Positions 26,120 through 40,065 of a stretch of 64,000 bases of DNA are shown piece by piece. This DNA comes from Eledone cirrhosa. Its lineage: Eukaryota. Location of the stretch: positions 17,112,001 through 17,176,000 of the forward strand of contig OZ024742.1 of the NCBI GenBank assembly GCA_964016885.1, read 5' to 3'. Positions within the stretch are counted from its first letter, which is position 1. Each line of letters opens with the position of its first letter. The notes beneath the pieces were generated by a model. That model was not told the origin of the DNA, ran no database searches, and saw only the letters and a program-made list of their open reading frames with translations. A program made the translations under genes and the position numbers.

Positions 26120-26719
26120 GGAAAAAATGAAACGAAATTTCATTTCTCACTCTTAGTACGGCTGTTACTTAAATATAAGTTTTTATACATACCTACATTT
26201 ATGTATACAGACGTACAGTAGTATGTATATATATATATATATATATATACATACATGCACACATATATATATGCTCGGTGTGTTTGTAAACAAACATCCC
26301 GAATTAAACCGTACAGTGTCTAGCAACCATCGTTGCTCATTTGTTCAACACTGACAAAGGAACGCTGTACTAGTTTCAAGCTTATTAGCTATCGTCAGCA
26401 ACGTATACCTTCCTTCCAGATAGTTGAACGTCTGAAAGTATATACTTACCTTATGCATATTAACGGCTGAGCAGCCTAATTTGCATATCGAGTGTGTTAA
26501 TTAGCCGGGGTACCGAAAACGATAAACGAAAAAAATGAAACGAAATATCATTTCTCACTCTTAGTACGGCTGTACTAACGATGGTTGCTAGACACTGTGC
26601 GGCTTAATTCGGGATGTTTGTTTACAAACACACCGAGCATTATAATAAATGTTCGGTGAATCCATAAGTACATATATATATATATGTGTGCATGTATGTA
26701 TATATATATACATACTACT
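26117..26719 (-). mobile_element. Retrozyme-like unit: ~408-bp monomer with direct terminal repeat, hammerhead and inverted flank
   Basis: Direct repeat 26117-26165 / 26525-26573; inverted 26218-26334 / 26578-26719. Confidence 0.65.
26362..26404 (-). ncRNA. Minimal type I hammerhead ribozyme
   Basis: ACGTTG-CTGACGA-T AGCT AATA AGCT T-GAAA-CTAG-TA-CAGCGT; palindromic ACTAGT helix III. Confidence 0.75.
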
Positions 26720-28014
26720 ATATGCATGTATACATATATGTATGTACGTATACATACTTATATATATATATATAAATGAAAGGTAGAGTTAATAACTCAT
26801 ACTGAAACCCTGTAATTAACAAGCTCAAAGTATAAATACTGAGCATTATAACAATAATATATGTAATAATAAACACAGTAAATCGTGTGTTTAATATTAC
26901 GAGGGTTGAAGAACAACATTTGTTTGAAATATTTATTTGCGCCCTCTGCTGGGCTTTGCAGTTTTAGCATGTTTAGAGATTTTTACTTTTGCCAAGCTAA
27001 CTTTGATATGTAAAATCGGGGTGTTTGCCGTGTATTCTAATTTTGTGAATGTATGAGCCCCGCTTCCCCCAACATAAAGTACCTCGGGCACCCCAAGGTC
27101 TATAACCAACCCTGTAGCTAACCATATGATATTACTGTAAATAAATATAAGTAATCCGACTCTCGACAGAACTCAGTGATAAATGCTAGAGTTTTCATAA
27201 TAAATGTTAAAATCTAATAATCCTAACTGTATTTATGTGACAAGGTTCTCGAGGTTTTGACAATATTTATTATACCGAAATATTGAAAAACTTGAACAAT
27301 TTTCTATACACAAAGGCAAATGTAAAAAGCATTCACACTAAGTGGAAACTGCCGATATAGGACATCTGACTGATAAAATGACAATTCAGTCAATCATATT
27401 GGTGACCTCCCCACAGCCGCGGTGGACAGAATGGAGAAGGAAATATTTAAGAATGGATTATATTTGTTAATGAGCAAATTCTCGTTGTTTATTCATTCTT
27501 GTTCGGTATTCTCATCTGTAAGATAATACTTTGATAAAATATTAAACATACAAATAGTTTCATATGTTCATCTCATGAATTTGTCTACGTTTTAAAATGA
27601 TGTGGATATAGAAGAAATGACACCGAAATTTCTGAGAATTATTTCCGCAAACAAAGAAATTTTAGCAGTTTTCCACTCCGTTAAAGAGCCACTGGTCATT
27701 AATACGACCAGCCATTATATTATTACAAACACACGCGCTTTTACCCGATGAAGGGTCAGTTTGGAGGTGCCACCTTCACAGTGGTGGCCAGAACTGGACC
27801 CTGAAACCAATGGTACCACATTCATGATAAGTGTATAAACCATTATTTATACTAAATAAGCTCTCTTGCATCAGATCAAGCACTGTTTTCCTTGGTCTTT
27901 CATCTACACACGCGCGCGTACGCACACACACGCACACGCACATACTCATACATACACGTGCGCACACAAATAGGGGCGCACACGCACACACACACACACA
28001 CAGATATATACAAA

Positions 28015-28093
28015 CAGTATGTGTCCCCAAAATGTCTATACATATTTATTAGAATGTTGTTGAAGAGAATATATATTTTCTTGGGACACCCTG
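28015..28093. mobile_element. ~80-bp Tc1/mariner-type MITE (second copy 49307-49384)
   Basis: CAGGGTGTCCCA-type TIR; TA on both sides of the 49307 copy. Confidence 0.6.
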
Positions 28094-28196
28094 TATATAT
28101 AGATATAGATATATGTAAAAGGTAAACAGAAATACACAATCGGTACAGTATATGGAAGGGATATATTAGGTTAACGCTTGATAAAGCAGGAAGAGG

Positions 28197-28234
28197 TTCT
28201 TAATGTTTCGGACGCTAGTCCTTCATCAGAAGAA
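28197..28234 (-). ncRNA. Minimal hammerhead-like motif (diverged relative at ~17247-17285)
   Basis: TTCTT-CTGATGA-AGGAC TAGC GTCC-GAAA-CA-TT-AAGAA. Confidence 0.55.
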
Positions 28235-28377
28235 AGAATGAGAAATAAGATAGATTGAGGGGACGGGTGGGATGGAATTGGAAAAAATGTCTTTAGATAA
28301 AAATAACAGGTCCATTTAAGTTGACATCTCTTGCAAAACACTTTTGGTGTTTGCTTTTTTGCGTTTTGTGTATGATT

Positions 28378-28838
<461 letters not shown>

Positions 28839-28881
28839 TATATATATATATATATATTTTTTTAAATTATATATATATATA

Positions 28882-29529
28882 TATTTCTTTAAATTAAGTC
28901 TAGCAAAGCATATTGTTATTGTTAGTATTTTTTTCACCCTAGTGAACCTGGTCCTTTACAATTCAAACACATGTATGATTATATTTGTTTTTATCTCTCT
29001 CTTCACTAGGGTGAAAAAAAATACTAACAATAACAATATGGTTTGCTAGACTTAATTTAAAGAAATAAATCGAGAAAAAGAAAAACAAACCTTTATTGGG
29101 CAACTGGTTCGCAAATTATTAAGCGAAGGAATCACCAACTTTCTGCTCATCAGTATATCAGAAGAGGAATTGTGTGCGAATATGAAATAACGCACATGTC
29201 TTCAGAGCCTAGCGTGTCTCATAAACTTATGCTGTTAAAAATAGCAGCCTGGTTTACACGACATTTAAATTAGCTCAACAAGATGGAACCGACAATATCA
29301 GATATTGAGTTAGAAACTCAAAATAGTCTCTTACAATTAAATAGCTTCAAGAAAGAAGTTTTTTCTGGGCCGTTTAATATAATTGAATATACAAGTTAAT
29401 ATTTTTTTCACCCTAGTGAACCGGGTCCTTTACAATTTTATATTTGTGTTTATCACTCTTGTATATTCAATTATATTACACGGTTCAGAAAAACTTCTTT
29501 CTTGGAGCTATTTAATTTTAAGAGACTAT
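28882..29529. repeat. Two linked fold-backs sharing a direct repeat
   Basis: Inverted 28882-28946 / 29002-29066 and 29323-29395 / 29458-29529; direct repeat 28921-28963 / 29395-29437; relic HHR 29097-29158 (-). Confidence 0.75.
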
Positions 29530-29610
29530 ATATATATATAGTAATAATAAGAAGATCCCGTTAAGGGTGAAAGCAGCGATTCTTTGCTTAAACTTTAATC
29601 TGTTATTTTA

Positions 29611-29673
<63 letters not shown>

Positions 29674-29808
29674 ACACAGGAGCAAGAATGAAGGGTTTAT
29701 TCTACTGACATGGCTTTAAAAATGAGGCTTGTTTGCATAATTGCAAGCGAAACGAATGTTATTATTAATATTCGAAAAACTCAGATTAAATTTATATATA
29801 TATATATA

Positions 29809-30021
29809 TAATGAGATCAATATCCCCACAGGTACTAAGTATCATCGGAAATATACATGATATAGACGTGATTCAGTAGTATTAATTTGACATTCCAGAA
29901 CTATAAAATTGAGATAAGCGTTCTGGTATGTCAAATTAATACCATTGAACAACAACTGTATCATAGACACCCGGTATATTTCCGAGGGCACTTAGTACTT
30001 GTGGGGATATTGATCTCATTT
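29809..30021. repeat. Fold-back with ~48-bp well-paired outer arms next to (TA)n
   Basis: ATGAGATCAATATCCCCACAGGTACTAAGT / ACTTAGTACTTGTGGGGATATTGATCTCAT. Confidence 0.8.
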
Positions 30022-30386
30022 TATGTAAATTCTCCCATGTGTAGAGAAAAAATACGTTGTTTACCTGGCTGCTATTTTTAGTGGTGTGGCAGACAACACG
30101 TCTATGCTATCTCCCGCTTCTACTAACGGCCAGTTCACGTGTAGGTCACGTTTACGGCCCCATTCGATCCTGCACTAGCTGGCTGAAGGCAATATATTTG
30201 CCGGCTGTGGGACTTTATGTCCTATGTAAGGGAAAATACTTTCTGAAGAGCCGAACTTTCCATTGGAAGTTCCTCGGATTTCCAATCTTTTGTGAGACGA
30301 AACCGTCAGTAAAAGCAATATGGATTTTAAATTATATTTTTTGAATTTATTTTGAAAGATAGTTTGAATTTTACTTGTTCCGCTTA

Positions 30387-30466
<80 letters not shown>

Positions 30467-30688
30467 GACGTAAAATAAGAAAATTTTAAAAATTAAAAAT
30501 CAACTTACTTACTAAAATTTTCACTCCAACTAATTAGTTTCTGTAAGGGGATAAATATAGTTACGTAATATAACTATAGAGAATTCATATATATATGTGT
30601 GTGTGGGGGGGGAGGGGGGTAAGTGTTTGTGTGTGTGTGTGTGTATATATATATATGTGTATATATATATATATATGTATGTATGTAA

Positions 30689-30750
<62 letters not shown>

Positions 30751-31017
30751 GTGTGTATATCCACCATACACCTACAATAAAAATTGACTTTATCTTTTAA
30801 TTAATAACGGGTGATACAATTTCTATGGCGGAAATATTTATTAGAAGACACGTTGTATATGTTCAAAAGGAAATGAGTAAGAATTGAAAACACTACAGAT
30901 ATAGTATTTGTTTTCTGAGAGTCTGTGTTTTAAATTTCGTTAGATCTTCTAATACACCGTTCTCTATGAATAATGAATTCATAATACGCATACACCCACA
31001 TACAAGGATATATGTAC

Positions 31018-31072
<55 letters not shown>

Positions 31073-31073
31073 G

Positions 31074-31139
<66 letters not shown>

Positions 31140-31244
31140 CATACATATATACACATATATATATATATTATATGTAAATATATATACGTGTATATATATA
31201 CACATACATACACACACACACATATATATTTATATATACAATAT

Positions 31245-31610
31245 ATTAACAAATGGAAATTATATTTATAAAACCATATTTATTTCATTATACATATTTT
31301 AAGGGCCACCAAGGCAAACTATGGTGCGCTTTCATCAGATAAAATATAATATAGGTTAGTTTTATAAATAAATATTGACATACCCTGAAAAAATTCAACC
31401 ATTCTGGTTGGAAACTCCTGGATAGTGGAGTTATTAGATTTATTGTTGGTTTATTATGCAAATTAGTGTCGGAAGGTTTAAATAACAGTATATTTAAATT
31501 AAGCCGTTGTATATTTACTCCAATAATTTGTTGAGTGCTTTATATCAGTTTTATAAAAATATTTTGCTTCTTGTATGCCAAGAAATTAAATATAACCTCT
31601 ACATATATTT
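31245..31610. mobile_element. Family C head-to-head insertion (HHR-bearing end on - strand, tail on + strand)
   Basis: 31245-31430 is the reverse complement of 58720-58895; 31505-31560 matches 58900-58950; third copy 50790-50960. Confidence 0.7.
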
Positions 31611-31642
31611 ATATATATCTATTATATGTAAATATATATACG

Positions 31643-31673
<31 letters not shown>

Positions 31674-31726
31674 ATTATATGTAAATATATATATATATAT
31701 AGTGAGAGAGAGAGAGAGAGAGAGAG

Positions 31727-32355
31727 AAAAATGGCGTGCTGCGTGGTTGCAAATGGGAAGGCTGGAAGATCATTGATGAAGGACTAATTTTATTCATATG
31801 TAACCCATTGCAACCACGCAGCACGCCATTTTTTCATATATTTATATATTTTCCTCCGCTACGACCCGTCTGTTTCTTTCTTACTGCTTCCCCTTTCTAT
31901 GTATCTCTCACTTTCTTCTTACCCCCTCTGTCAGTCACTCGCTCAGTTAGCCTCTTCCTCACACTTTCACTCACTCACTCTCTGCTACTCCCTCTCCATC
32001 ACTTCCTCCCGTTTGACCTGTGTAAAATTATTTTCTCCCTCACATTTCACCCAGGTTGGATGGTCTTTATCTCTCGTCTACGATTTCACAGAACTTATGT
32101 TCATCGATTTCAGGGACTTGACTCCTTCTTCCTCACTTTTCGTTGCATTACCAACTTTGTTTGTTTACATCTCTCGCTCGTTTCACCATAATTTACGTGT
32201 CCCAACGACTTTCTTTAGCCGTTGCTTGCACCAACCAGAGGTATATGATCTTTAAAGCGATGCAATACCAATGAAGGCTGGAAGATCACTGATGAAGGAT
32301 TAAATTTATTCATATGTAACCCATTTGCAACCACGCAACACGCCATTTTTTCATA

Positions 32356-32365
<10 letters not shown>
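31727..32365 (+). mobile_element. Non-coding unit with ~90-bp direct terminal repeats and a short inverted 5' piece
   Basis: 31757-31848 repeated at 32274-32365; 31727-31756 inverted to 31805-31833. Confidence 0.7.
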
Positions 32366-32437
<72 letters not shown>

Positions 32438-32446
<9 letters not shown>

Positions 32447-32812
32447 TATGTAAGGGAACAAAAAATCAGTGTTGCATCATATACATATTTAGTTATATAT
32501 CAGATATGTTTCACTGTCGATCAGCTCGAGGAACGTCTATTAATGATTGAACCTGACTCTGGAATCGGAGGCTCCTCATGTTAAAACATATCTGAGGAGC
32601 TTCCGATTCCAGAGTCAGGTTTGATCATTAATAGATTGTCCCTCGAGCTGATCGAGAGTGAAAGATATGTAATATGTAATTAAATATACATATGATGCAA
32701 CACTGATTCTGTGTTCCCTTATATTTTAATATTATTGATACTCTGCTCCCGCAGAGCATCGAGTGCTCATTCGGTTCGGCTTACCGCCTATGAACGCAAT
32801 TAATTTGCACCT
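32438..32812. mobile_element. Fold-back element (~140-bp arms) with long-stem-II hammerhead 32586-32677
   Basis: ACATAT-CTGAGGA-[~60 nt]-GAAA-(C/G)ATATG-TA-ATATGT; flanked by (TA)n. Confidence 0.7.
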
Positions 32813-33200
32813 TAATATATATATATATATATAGCAAAATGTGATGGCTTTCCATTGAAGGGAGTAGTCTAAGTCCAAGCCATACGTAAGGGGAAATCCG
32901 ACGTGTGGCTTATGTATTGACGAACGAATAACTATTCTAAAGATATTACGCAATAGTGATTGCCTAAACACGTAATTGAATTTTTCACACGTTGTCCACA
33001 CGTCGCCAAACACCTATTGCATAACTACAAGGCTCCGGACTGATTCTTTGTAATTTTATTTTCAACCTAAAAACTTTTCGGACTTTCGCAGTTATTTCCC
33101 TTACACCTCTCGCACGCAGTCTAGTATTGCCTGTGTGAAGTGACCGGGTTTCTGCGCATGCGCGTTCGTAGGGCTGTCCTTCCTGTTCCTATAACCATGC

Positions 33201-33250
33201 CCATTCCGAGCTGAGGATCCGCTAAGGTGAAACAATTGTTCTCGGTATGG
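33201..33250 (+). ncRNA. Minimal type I hammerhead ribozyme (cleanest in window)
   Basis: CCATTCCGAG-CTGAGGA-TCC GCTAA GGT-GAAA-CAATTG-TT-CTCGGTATGG; 9/10-bp stem I. Confidence 0.85.
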
Positions 33251-33339
33251 TGAACTAACTGTTGTATAACCACTTCTACCTAACTCGTCCCATGGACTAA
33301 TTGCTCTACCACTACGGATATTACCTTCCAGTGTTCCAC

Positions 33340-33485
<146 letters not shown>

Positions 33486-33562
33486 ATGTAAAAGGTAAAC
33501 AGAAATAACAACACAATCGGTACAGTATATGGAAGGGTTGGAATTGGAAAAATTGTCTATAT

Positions 33563-33647
<85 letters not shown>

Positions 33648-34569
33648 GAGAGATGAGATAATTCAGTAGGCAACGTGATTAATTAGATATAAAATAGTTA
33701 TGCTAAGTATCTGTGTATATTAAAAGTAAAGAGAATCAGGGATAATAACCTTCTGGTGGGAAGAAGATAATCTTTGAAAGAAATAAAAGTAATTTCTAAT
33801 GTTTGTTTTACTGTGTTCAGAGGAATTGGGGAATTGGGGAAATTGTTTACACTTCGGTTTTGCCATTCCTCTGTACACCGGAAAGGTATTCTTTTAATGT
33901 AGCTATTTTTACATTATATTTCATTAATTATATTACGAAACTAATGGAAATCATACTAATTAGATACACAATTTTAACTATATATATTCCTTATACTATA
34001 TATATTCATAGCTAAGCAATACAATGACGCGGTAGGAAGTATCATAGATATAATTAATTTCTGATGAGGAGACAATAATCTTCAAAATACATTAAAAAAT
34101 GTTTTTCTTGTCGGGTGAATACAATGGCACGATGGAAAGGGTTTAAACTTCAGTGATTTCACAGCGTGTTTTCTAATTGAATAGGTATATTTAAATTTAC
34201 CTCATATTAGTGTGTGCTTGACCGTGTTTATATATTTTTTCTTCCTCATGAGTCATCCATCCATCAAAGCTGAAGCATTCATCTTGCATTTTCTAATGGC
34301 TAGAATATATGCAGCTCACCAGACCTACATACTCATAGATTTCTCCGCTAACTGGAGCAGTTGTGTCAGCCTATATACAATGATCTGTGAAGCCACTGGT
34401 GTTCAGGTCACCGAGGTCATCTAATTAAACTGATGATCGTCGCATGAGTTACTGTTCAATATTAGATAAGCAGGATTTTTACCGAGGTTTACTCCTCTAT
34501 ATCCGACCTATCCTATGATAGCCATATCAGAGGCACCTTGTGTAGGATGTAGTTTTTCCCTACGAACAC

Positions 34570-34960
34570 CATCGCGAATACAAGCGGCCGAAATTGAGTT
34601 CTCCCGAAGGTTCCCTAGAATAACGTTACTCGATAGAGTGTGTAGTTCGGAGATCAGAGAGTCACTCCAGGTAGAGCCGCTACTTCTCCGAATTGAGAGA
34701 ATACAGCTCTGATATGATCGACATGTAGTTAGAATGTCTCAGGAAAGAATCGCTGGACAGATTTTACAGGAAGAACCAACCGGCAGGGGACCCAACGATT
34801 AGACCCCGAGCAAGTTGGTTGGATAATATCCATGAGCTTGACTGGTCTCGTGTGGGGATCCAGCTGGATTAGGTTGACTCTGACAGGACCCACTGGAAGG
34901 AGTGTTTGAGGACTCGGTCCCCACGATCCTCTCAGAAATAAGTGCACGTAGAAAAATAAA
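34570..34960 (+). mobile_element. Decayed RTE LINE 3' end
   Basis: RIQAAEIEF.RR...ITLLDRVCSSEIRESLQVEPLLLRIERIQL; homologous to 48580-48728 (-). Confidence 0.75.
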
Positions 34961-35079
34961 GAAAGGAGAAAGAAGTGTCATGTTGAAAATATGAATATAG
35001 GCAGGATCTTCATGTCCAGCGGTTACTGCAAAACAGTTGAGTGCTGGACGAGGTTGAAGACTTCGTATTAGTTGTTAGC

Positions 35080-35400
35080 TTTAGCTTTCATCCTAACAGG
35101 GTCGATTAAAATAAAGTACCAGTAACCCACTGGGGTCGATTTAATCGACATTACCCTTCCCCCAAATTGTCTGGCCTTGTGCCTAAATCAGACCACCATT
35201 ATTATTATTATTCCTGGTGGATTGGCAGTATCGGTAGAGGGTCGGAAGCCATGCTTTAACGCATAGAGTTACGGCCCTTGCTATTCTGAGTTCAAATCCC
35301 GCCGAGGTTAACTGTGCCTTTCATCCTTACGAGGTCGATAAAATAAAGTACCAGTAATGCACTGGATAATTGCTGGCCTTGTGCCAGAAGTAGAAACAAT
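35080..35400 (+). mobile_element. Two tandem SINEs (truncated long-tail + full short-tail)
   Basis: Homology to other SINE copies. Confidence 0.85.
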
Positions 35401-35473
35401 CTTATTATTATTCCTGTTTTATCTTCTATATTTACATTTTGTTCTCGATTCAACAAATCTCTTCTCTTCCTCA

Positions 35474-35537
<64 letters not shown>

Positions 35538-35557
35538 TATATACATATATATATATA

Positions 35558-36985
35558 TAGAATTCACAAGAATCAAAGCTATGTTCAAAGCATTTATTCA
35601 CTTACAATTGTTTCATCCAAACCTAGGCTTGGTTTCTTCGGAGCATTTTTTAATGTTTGTACATATAATTGACTTCCTATCCAACGCAGGAGACATACAG
35701 ATACATATATATATATTGATGTACAGTGGAGTGACATATATTATACTATACTATATTTGTACAGCAATTCAAATTTAAAATCAAAATCAAAATTAAAATT
35801 AAAATTAAAATACATGCGGCAGATAACACAGATAATGTAAGGGGATAGTTTGATAATCAGATCTAGTAGATAGTGTATGCGTTAGTCACACATGGAGCAT
35901 GCAAGTGTGTCTCATTTATATACGATTATTGTGTGGCAAGGTGTTACATGTAATGCAAGCACTTTAAGCGGGTAAGCAAGAGCATGATGGTGGTTGTAGT
36001 GGTAGGGTATTTTTTTGTATAGATAAAAAAAGTATGTGTGCAGAAAAAAATAAAGAAAAAGAAAGTTATAGTTTTCGCATCCACCACCATTTTCACATTC
36101 AGAAAAAGGAAGGTATAGCCTCAATACGCTACAATAATTTAATACATCAAACATTCAATACGGAATCATCGTAACTTATGTGATGGATGTAAAAACTATA
36201 CCTTCCTTTTTCTGAGTGTGAAAATGGTGGTGGATGCGAAAACTATAACTTTCTTGTACTTTTCTTTTTCTTGTTCTTTTTCTTTTTTCTTTTTTCTTTT
36301 TCTTTTTCTTTTTCTTTTTCTTTTTCTTTTTCTTTTCTTTCTGCACACATACTTTTTTGATCTATACAAAAAATACCCTACCACTACAACCACCATAATG
36401 CTCTTGCTCACTCCGCTTAAAGTGCTTGCATTACATGTAACACCTTGCCACACAATAATCGTATATAAATGAGACACACATTGCATGCTTCCATGTGTGA
36501 CTAACGCATAACACTACTCTACTAGATCTGATTGATCAAACTATCCCCTTACATTATCTGTGTTATCTGCCGCATGTATTTTAATTTTAATTTTAATTTT
36601 GATTTTGATTTTAAATTTGAATTGCTGTACAAATATAGTATAGTATAATATATGTCACTCCACTGTACATCAATATATATATATGTATATGTATGTCTCC
36701 TGCGTTGGATAGGAAGTCAATTATATGTACACACATTAAAAAATGCTCCGAAGAAACCAAGCCTAGGTTTGGATGAAACAATTGTAAGTGAATAAATGCT
36801 TTGAACATAGCTTTGATTCTTGTGAATTCTATATAACTGCTCTGTAGAACAACTGATGTTATTACATTGAGCTATTTATCTTACTGGTAATAAGGTAGTA
36901 ATAAATTACTGACCTTCCCTGTTTATAGTTTAAAATATACATAACTATAAAAAGTTTAAAATATACATAACTATAAATAGTATCT

Positions 36986-36990
<5 letters not shown>
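35558..36990. mobile_element. Family A large fold-back (arms ~560/640 bp, ~77-bp spacer, tail) with U4C hammerheads at 35599-35645 (-) and 36744-36790 (+)
   Basis: 35558-36118 inverted to 36196-36834; TGCT-CCGAAGA-stemII-GAAA-CAATTG-TA-AGTG. Confidence 0.85.
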
Positions 36991-37042
<52 letters not shown>

Positions 37043-37517
37043 CCTTTCTTCTTCTTCTTCTTCTTCTTCTTCTTCTTCTTCTTCTTCTTCTTCTTCTTCT
37101 TCTTCTTCTTCTTCTTCTTCTTCTTCTTCTTCTTCTTCTTCTTCTTCTCTCCTCATTCTCCTCCTCCTCCCCCATCCTCCCTCCTCTAATACATCATCAT
37201 CTCCAATATCATCATCATCACCATCCTTAGTGTCTACGTAATCAAGAACGAGATCGTTAAGCCCAGCAGCATCCTCTCTCAATATGTTTGATATTTCTAT
37301 ATATATATATTTGTTTTTATCTGTATTCCACCAAAACACTTGTTTCGACTCTGCCGCATACAACAACCATTGCCATCAACTCCACTAAACAACAACAACA
37401 ACTGATTACTACCACAAACACCAACATCTTAATACATCTTAAACTTTCATCAAAATTGTTTAAATTTCATTTCTACTTCTCAGTTTCTATCTGTCTTGTA
37501 ATTCTGTTTCTCCCTGT

Positions 37518-37601
<84 letters not shown>

Positions 37602-37604
37602 CTC

Positions 37605-37649
<45 letters not shown>

Positions 37650-37715
37650 ATATCAATCGGTTCATCTATCAAAATGTCTATCTATCCACTTCGTTATTGA
37701 TCTATCTATGTATCC

Positions 37716-37828
<113 letters not shown>

Positions 37829-38270
37829 GAATATATATATATATCGATTTCTATTATTGTATCAATATATTTCTACATCTATATAATAATTACATCATCA
37901 TCAACAACAACAATGAGTGAACGAGATATCACGATGTGGTTGCTCAATCTGCTTTAAAATAGACACATTGGATAATATAGCCAAGGTACACAATGTCTGA
38001 CAAAACAAACGAGTGGTCATAATTAGAATGCCTTTGAACATAAAACTGCATAATCAGGTCTCACCTGGGGCTAAACAATAACAATAAAAACAACATCAGT
38101 TTCCCTTCCGGCCATTTTTTATCAGAATCTTTCAGATAACGTTCTCTTTTTTTTTTCTCTTCCTCAATTCTCGTGTCAGTCTCACTAAATATCTATCCAT
38201 CTAACTATCCATCTATCTATCAGCCTACTACTCTACCAATCTATCCACTTCACTATTTATCTATCTATGC

Positions 38271-38482
<212 letters not shown>

Positions 38483-38536
38483 ATATATATCTCTCTCTAT
38501 ATATATATATATACACATATATATTTATATCCATTC

Positions 38537-38570
<34 letters not shown>

Positions 38571-38576
38571 TTCTCT

Positions 38577-39754
38577 GTCAACACCCTTCGAAAGGAGGGC
38601 TGGGGATGCCGTGGCTAATGATGCGTAAACACGCATTAAGGCTACGGCACCTCTACGTATTCCTCACCGGACAACCGGTGTGGGCCTCGTTTGTGAGACG
38701 AACCTTTCCCAGACTCGTCTCACTCACCGAGCTGCAATCCTGGGTCAAGCAAAGACCGAGAAAACTGGGCGCCTGGCACACTGAGTGTGCCCAGGCGCTC
38801 ACCGCCCTCTGGCAGGCGGATCCGGTTATCAGTGGAGACTCCACCGCAACATTCTATAGAGGGCTGGTACGCAGCAGGTGCGACGACGCCCTCGGAGAAG
38901 CCCTAGACATGGAGGAGGACGAACTGGCCAGCCTGTTCGGTAGGACATTCAGCCCGGGACCTATGGACAACTTCCAGAAGTCCCTGGCCTGGCAGTGCTA
39001 CCGAGGGGCTTTACCCGTTCGAGAAAGGCTCTACAGACACGGGCGCCCGGGTAGGGACCCCGCCAAAAAGATCTGTCCCAGATGCGTGTGCGACGAGGAA
39101 ACCGTTGCACACGCATTAGTACACTGCTCGGGCGTAGCCGATCTGTGGGGCTATGTCGAACAACTGCTGTCAAGGGTGGAACCGATCCGGTTGACCACCG
39201 AGTCTATTGTAATGATCAAGCCGCCTCCCCCCTTCAAAGATGAAGCAGAGGCGGTGTTTCTGTGCGTAATAGCCATGGCGAAAGAGGTTGTATGGTGGAC
39301 GCGTCTGAAAGGACTGAGGTCGGGCACCTTTCTCTCTGGCCAACAACTGGTCCGTTTCTTCCGATATCATTTCGGAAGAAGGATCAGGATGGAGAGAGAG
39401 GTGCTGCACCCCAGCCGTTTCTATGAAAGATGGGTGAAAGTGGCGAGAATGGCCCGTGTGAATGGGCCTTCACTCTACATCAGACTATAGGTGAGGAAGA
39501 TGAAAGACCAAGGGAGCACCCCTTCTCTGTGCTCCTGAGGAGAAGGGTTGCACACTTTTTTCGGGGGTGTGTGCGACCCCCCAAGGCGCCTCCTCTCTAT
39601 TGAGGATTTTGTTAAAAATTTTATTTTTTGTTATATCTTATTTTATTTTTATATTTTGTTATTGCCTTCTCCTTATTGAGGACGCCTTTTTGTGTAAACT
39701 CCCCCCTTTGTACTTGTCCCACTTTTGATGCCCTAGTGTCAAATAAAAGAAATA
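38577..39754 (+). mobile_element. 5'-truncated L1/Tx1 LINE with 13-bp TSD in (TCTA)n
   Basis: KGGLGMP...CPRC..DEETVAHALVHC; TSD TATCTATTTCTCT at 38564-38576 and 39755-39767. Confidence 0.85.
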
Positions 39755-40065
39755 TATCTATTTCTCTTTCTGTCTGACGTGTGGAACATCGCCGGTAAAC
39801 ATTTTTGTTAATTTCTATGCAAAAAACCGAACTAATTGTTTGAAAAAACATAACACTTTGTAGATTAACCCCAAGCTGAATTATCAGCTGGGTGGTATTC
39901 CCACTTTTCGCCCCTGTAGGGGCGAAAATTTTATTTAGAAAATTTGTTTTAAAATATCAGATTTTACAAACTAAATAACTTGAGCAACACAAGAACGCTG
40001 GAGAACGTTAATAGAGAAAGATATAGAATGAGGCAGATATTAACGTTATATCTGCTTCTGCTACT

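Noticed and set aside
30236-30311. CTGAAGA...GAAACCGTC hammerhead candidate
   Set aside because: Stem I needs a bulge and stem II closure is unconvincing by eye
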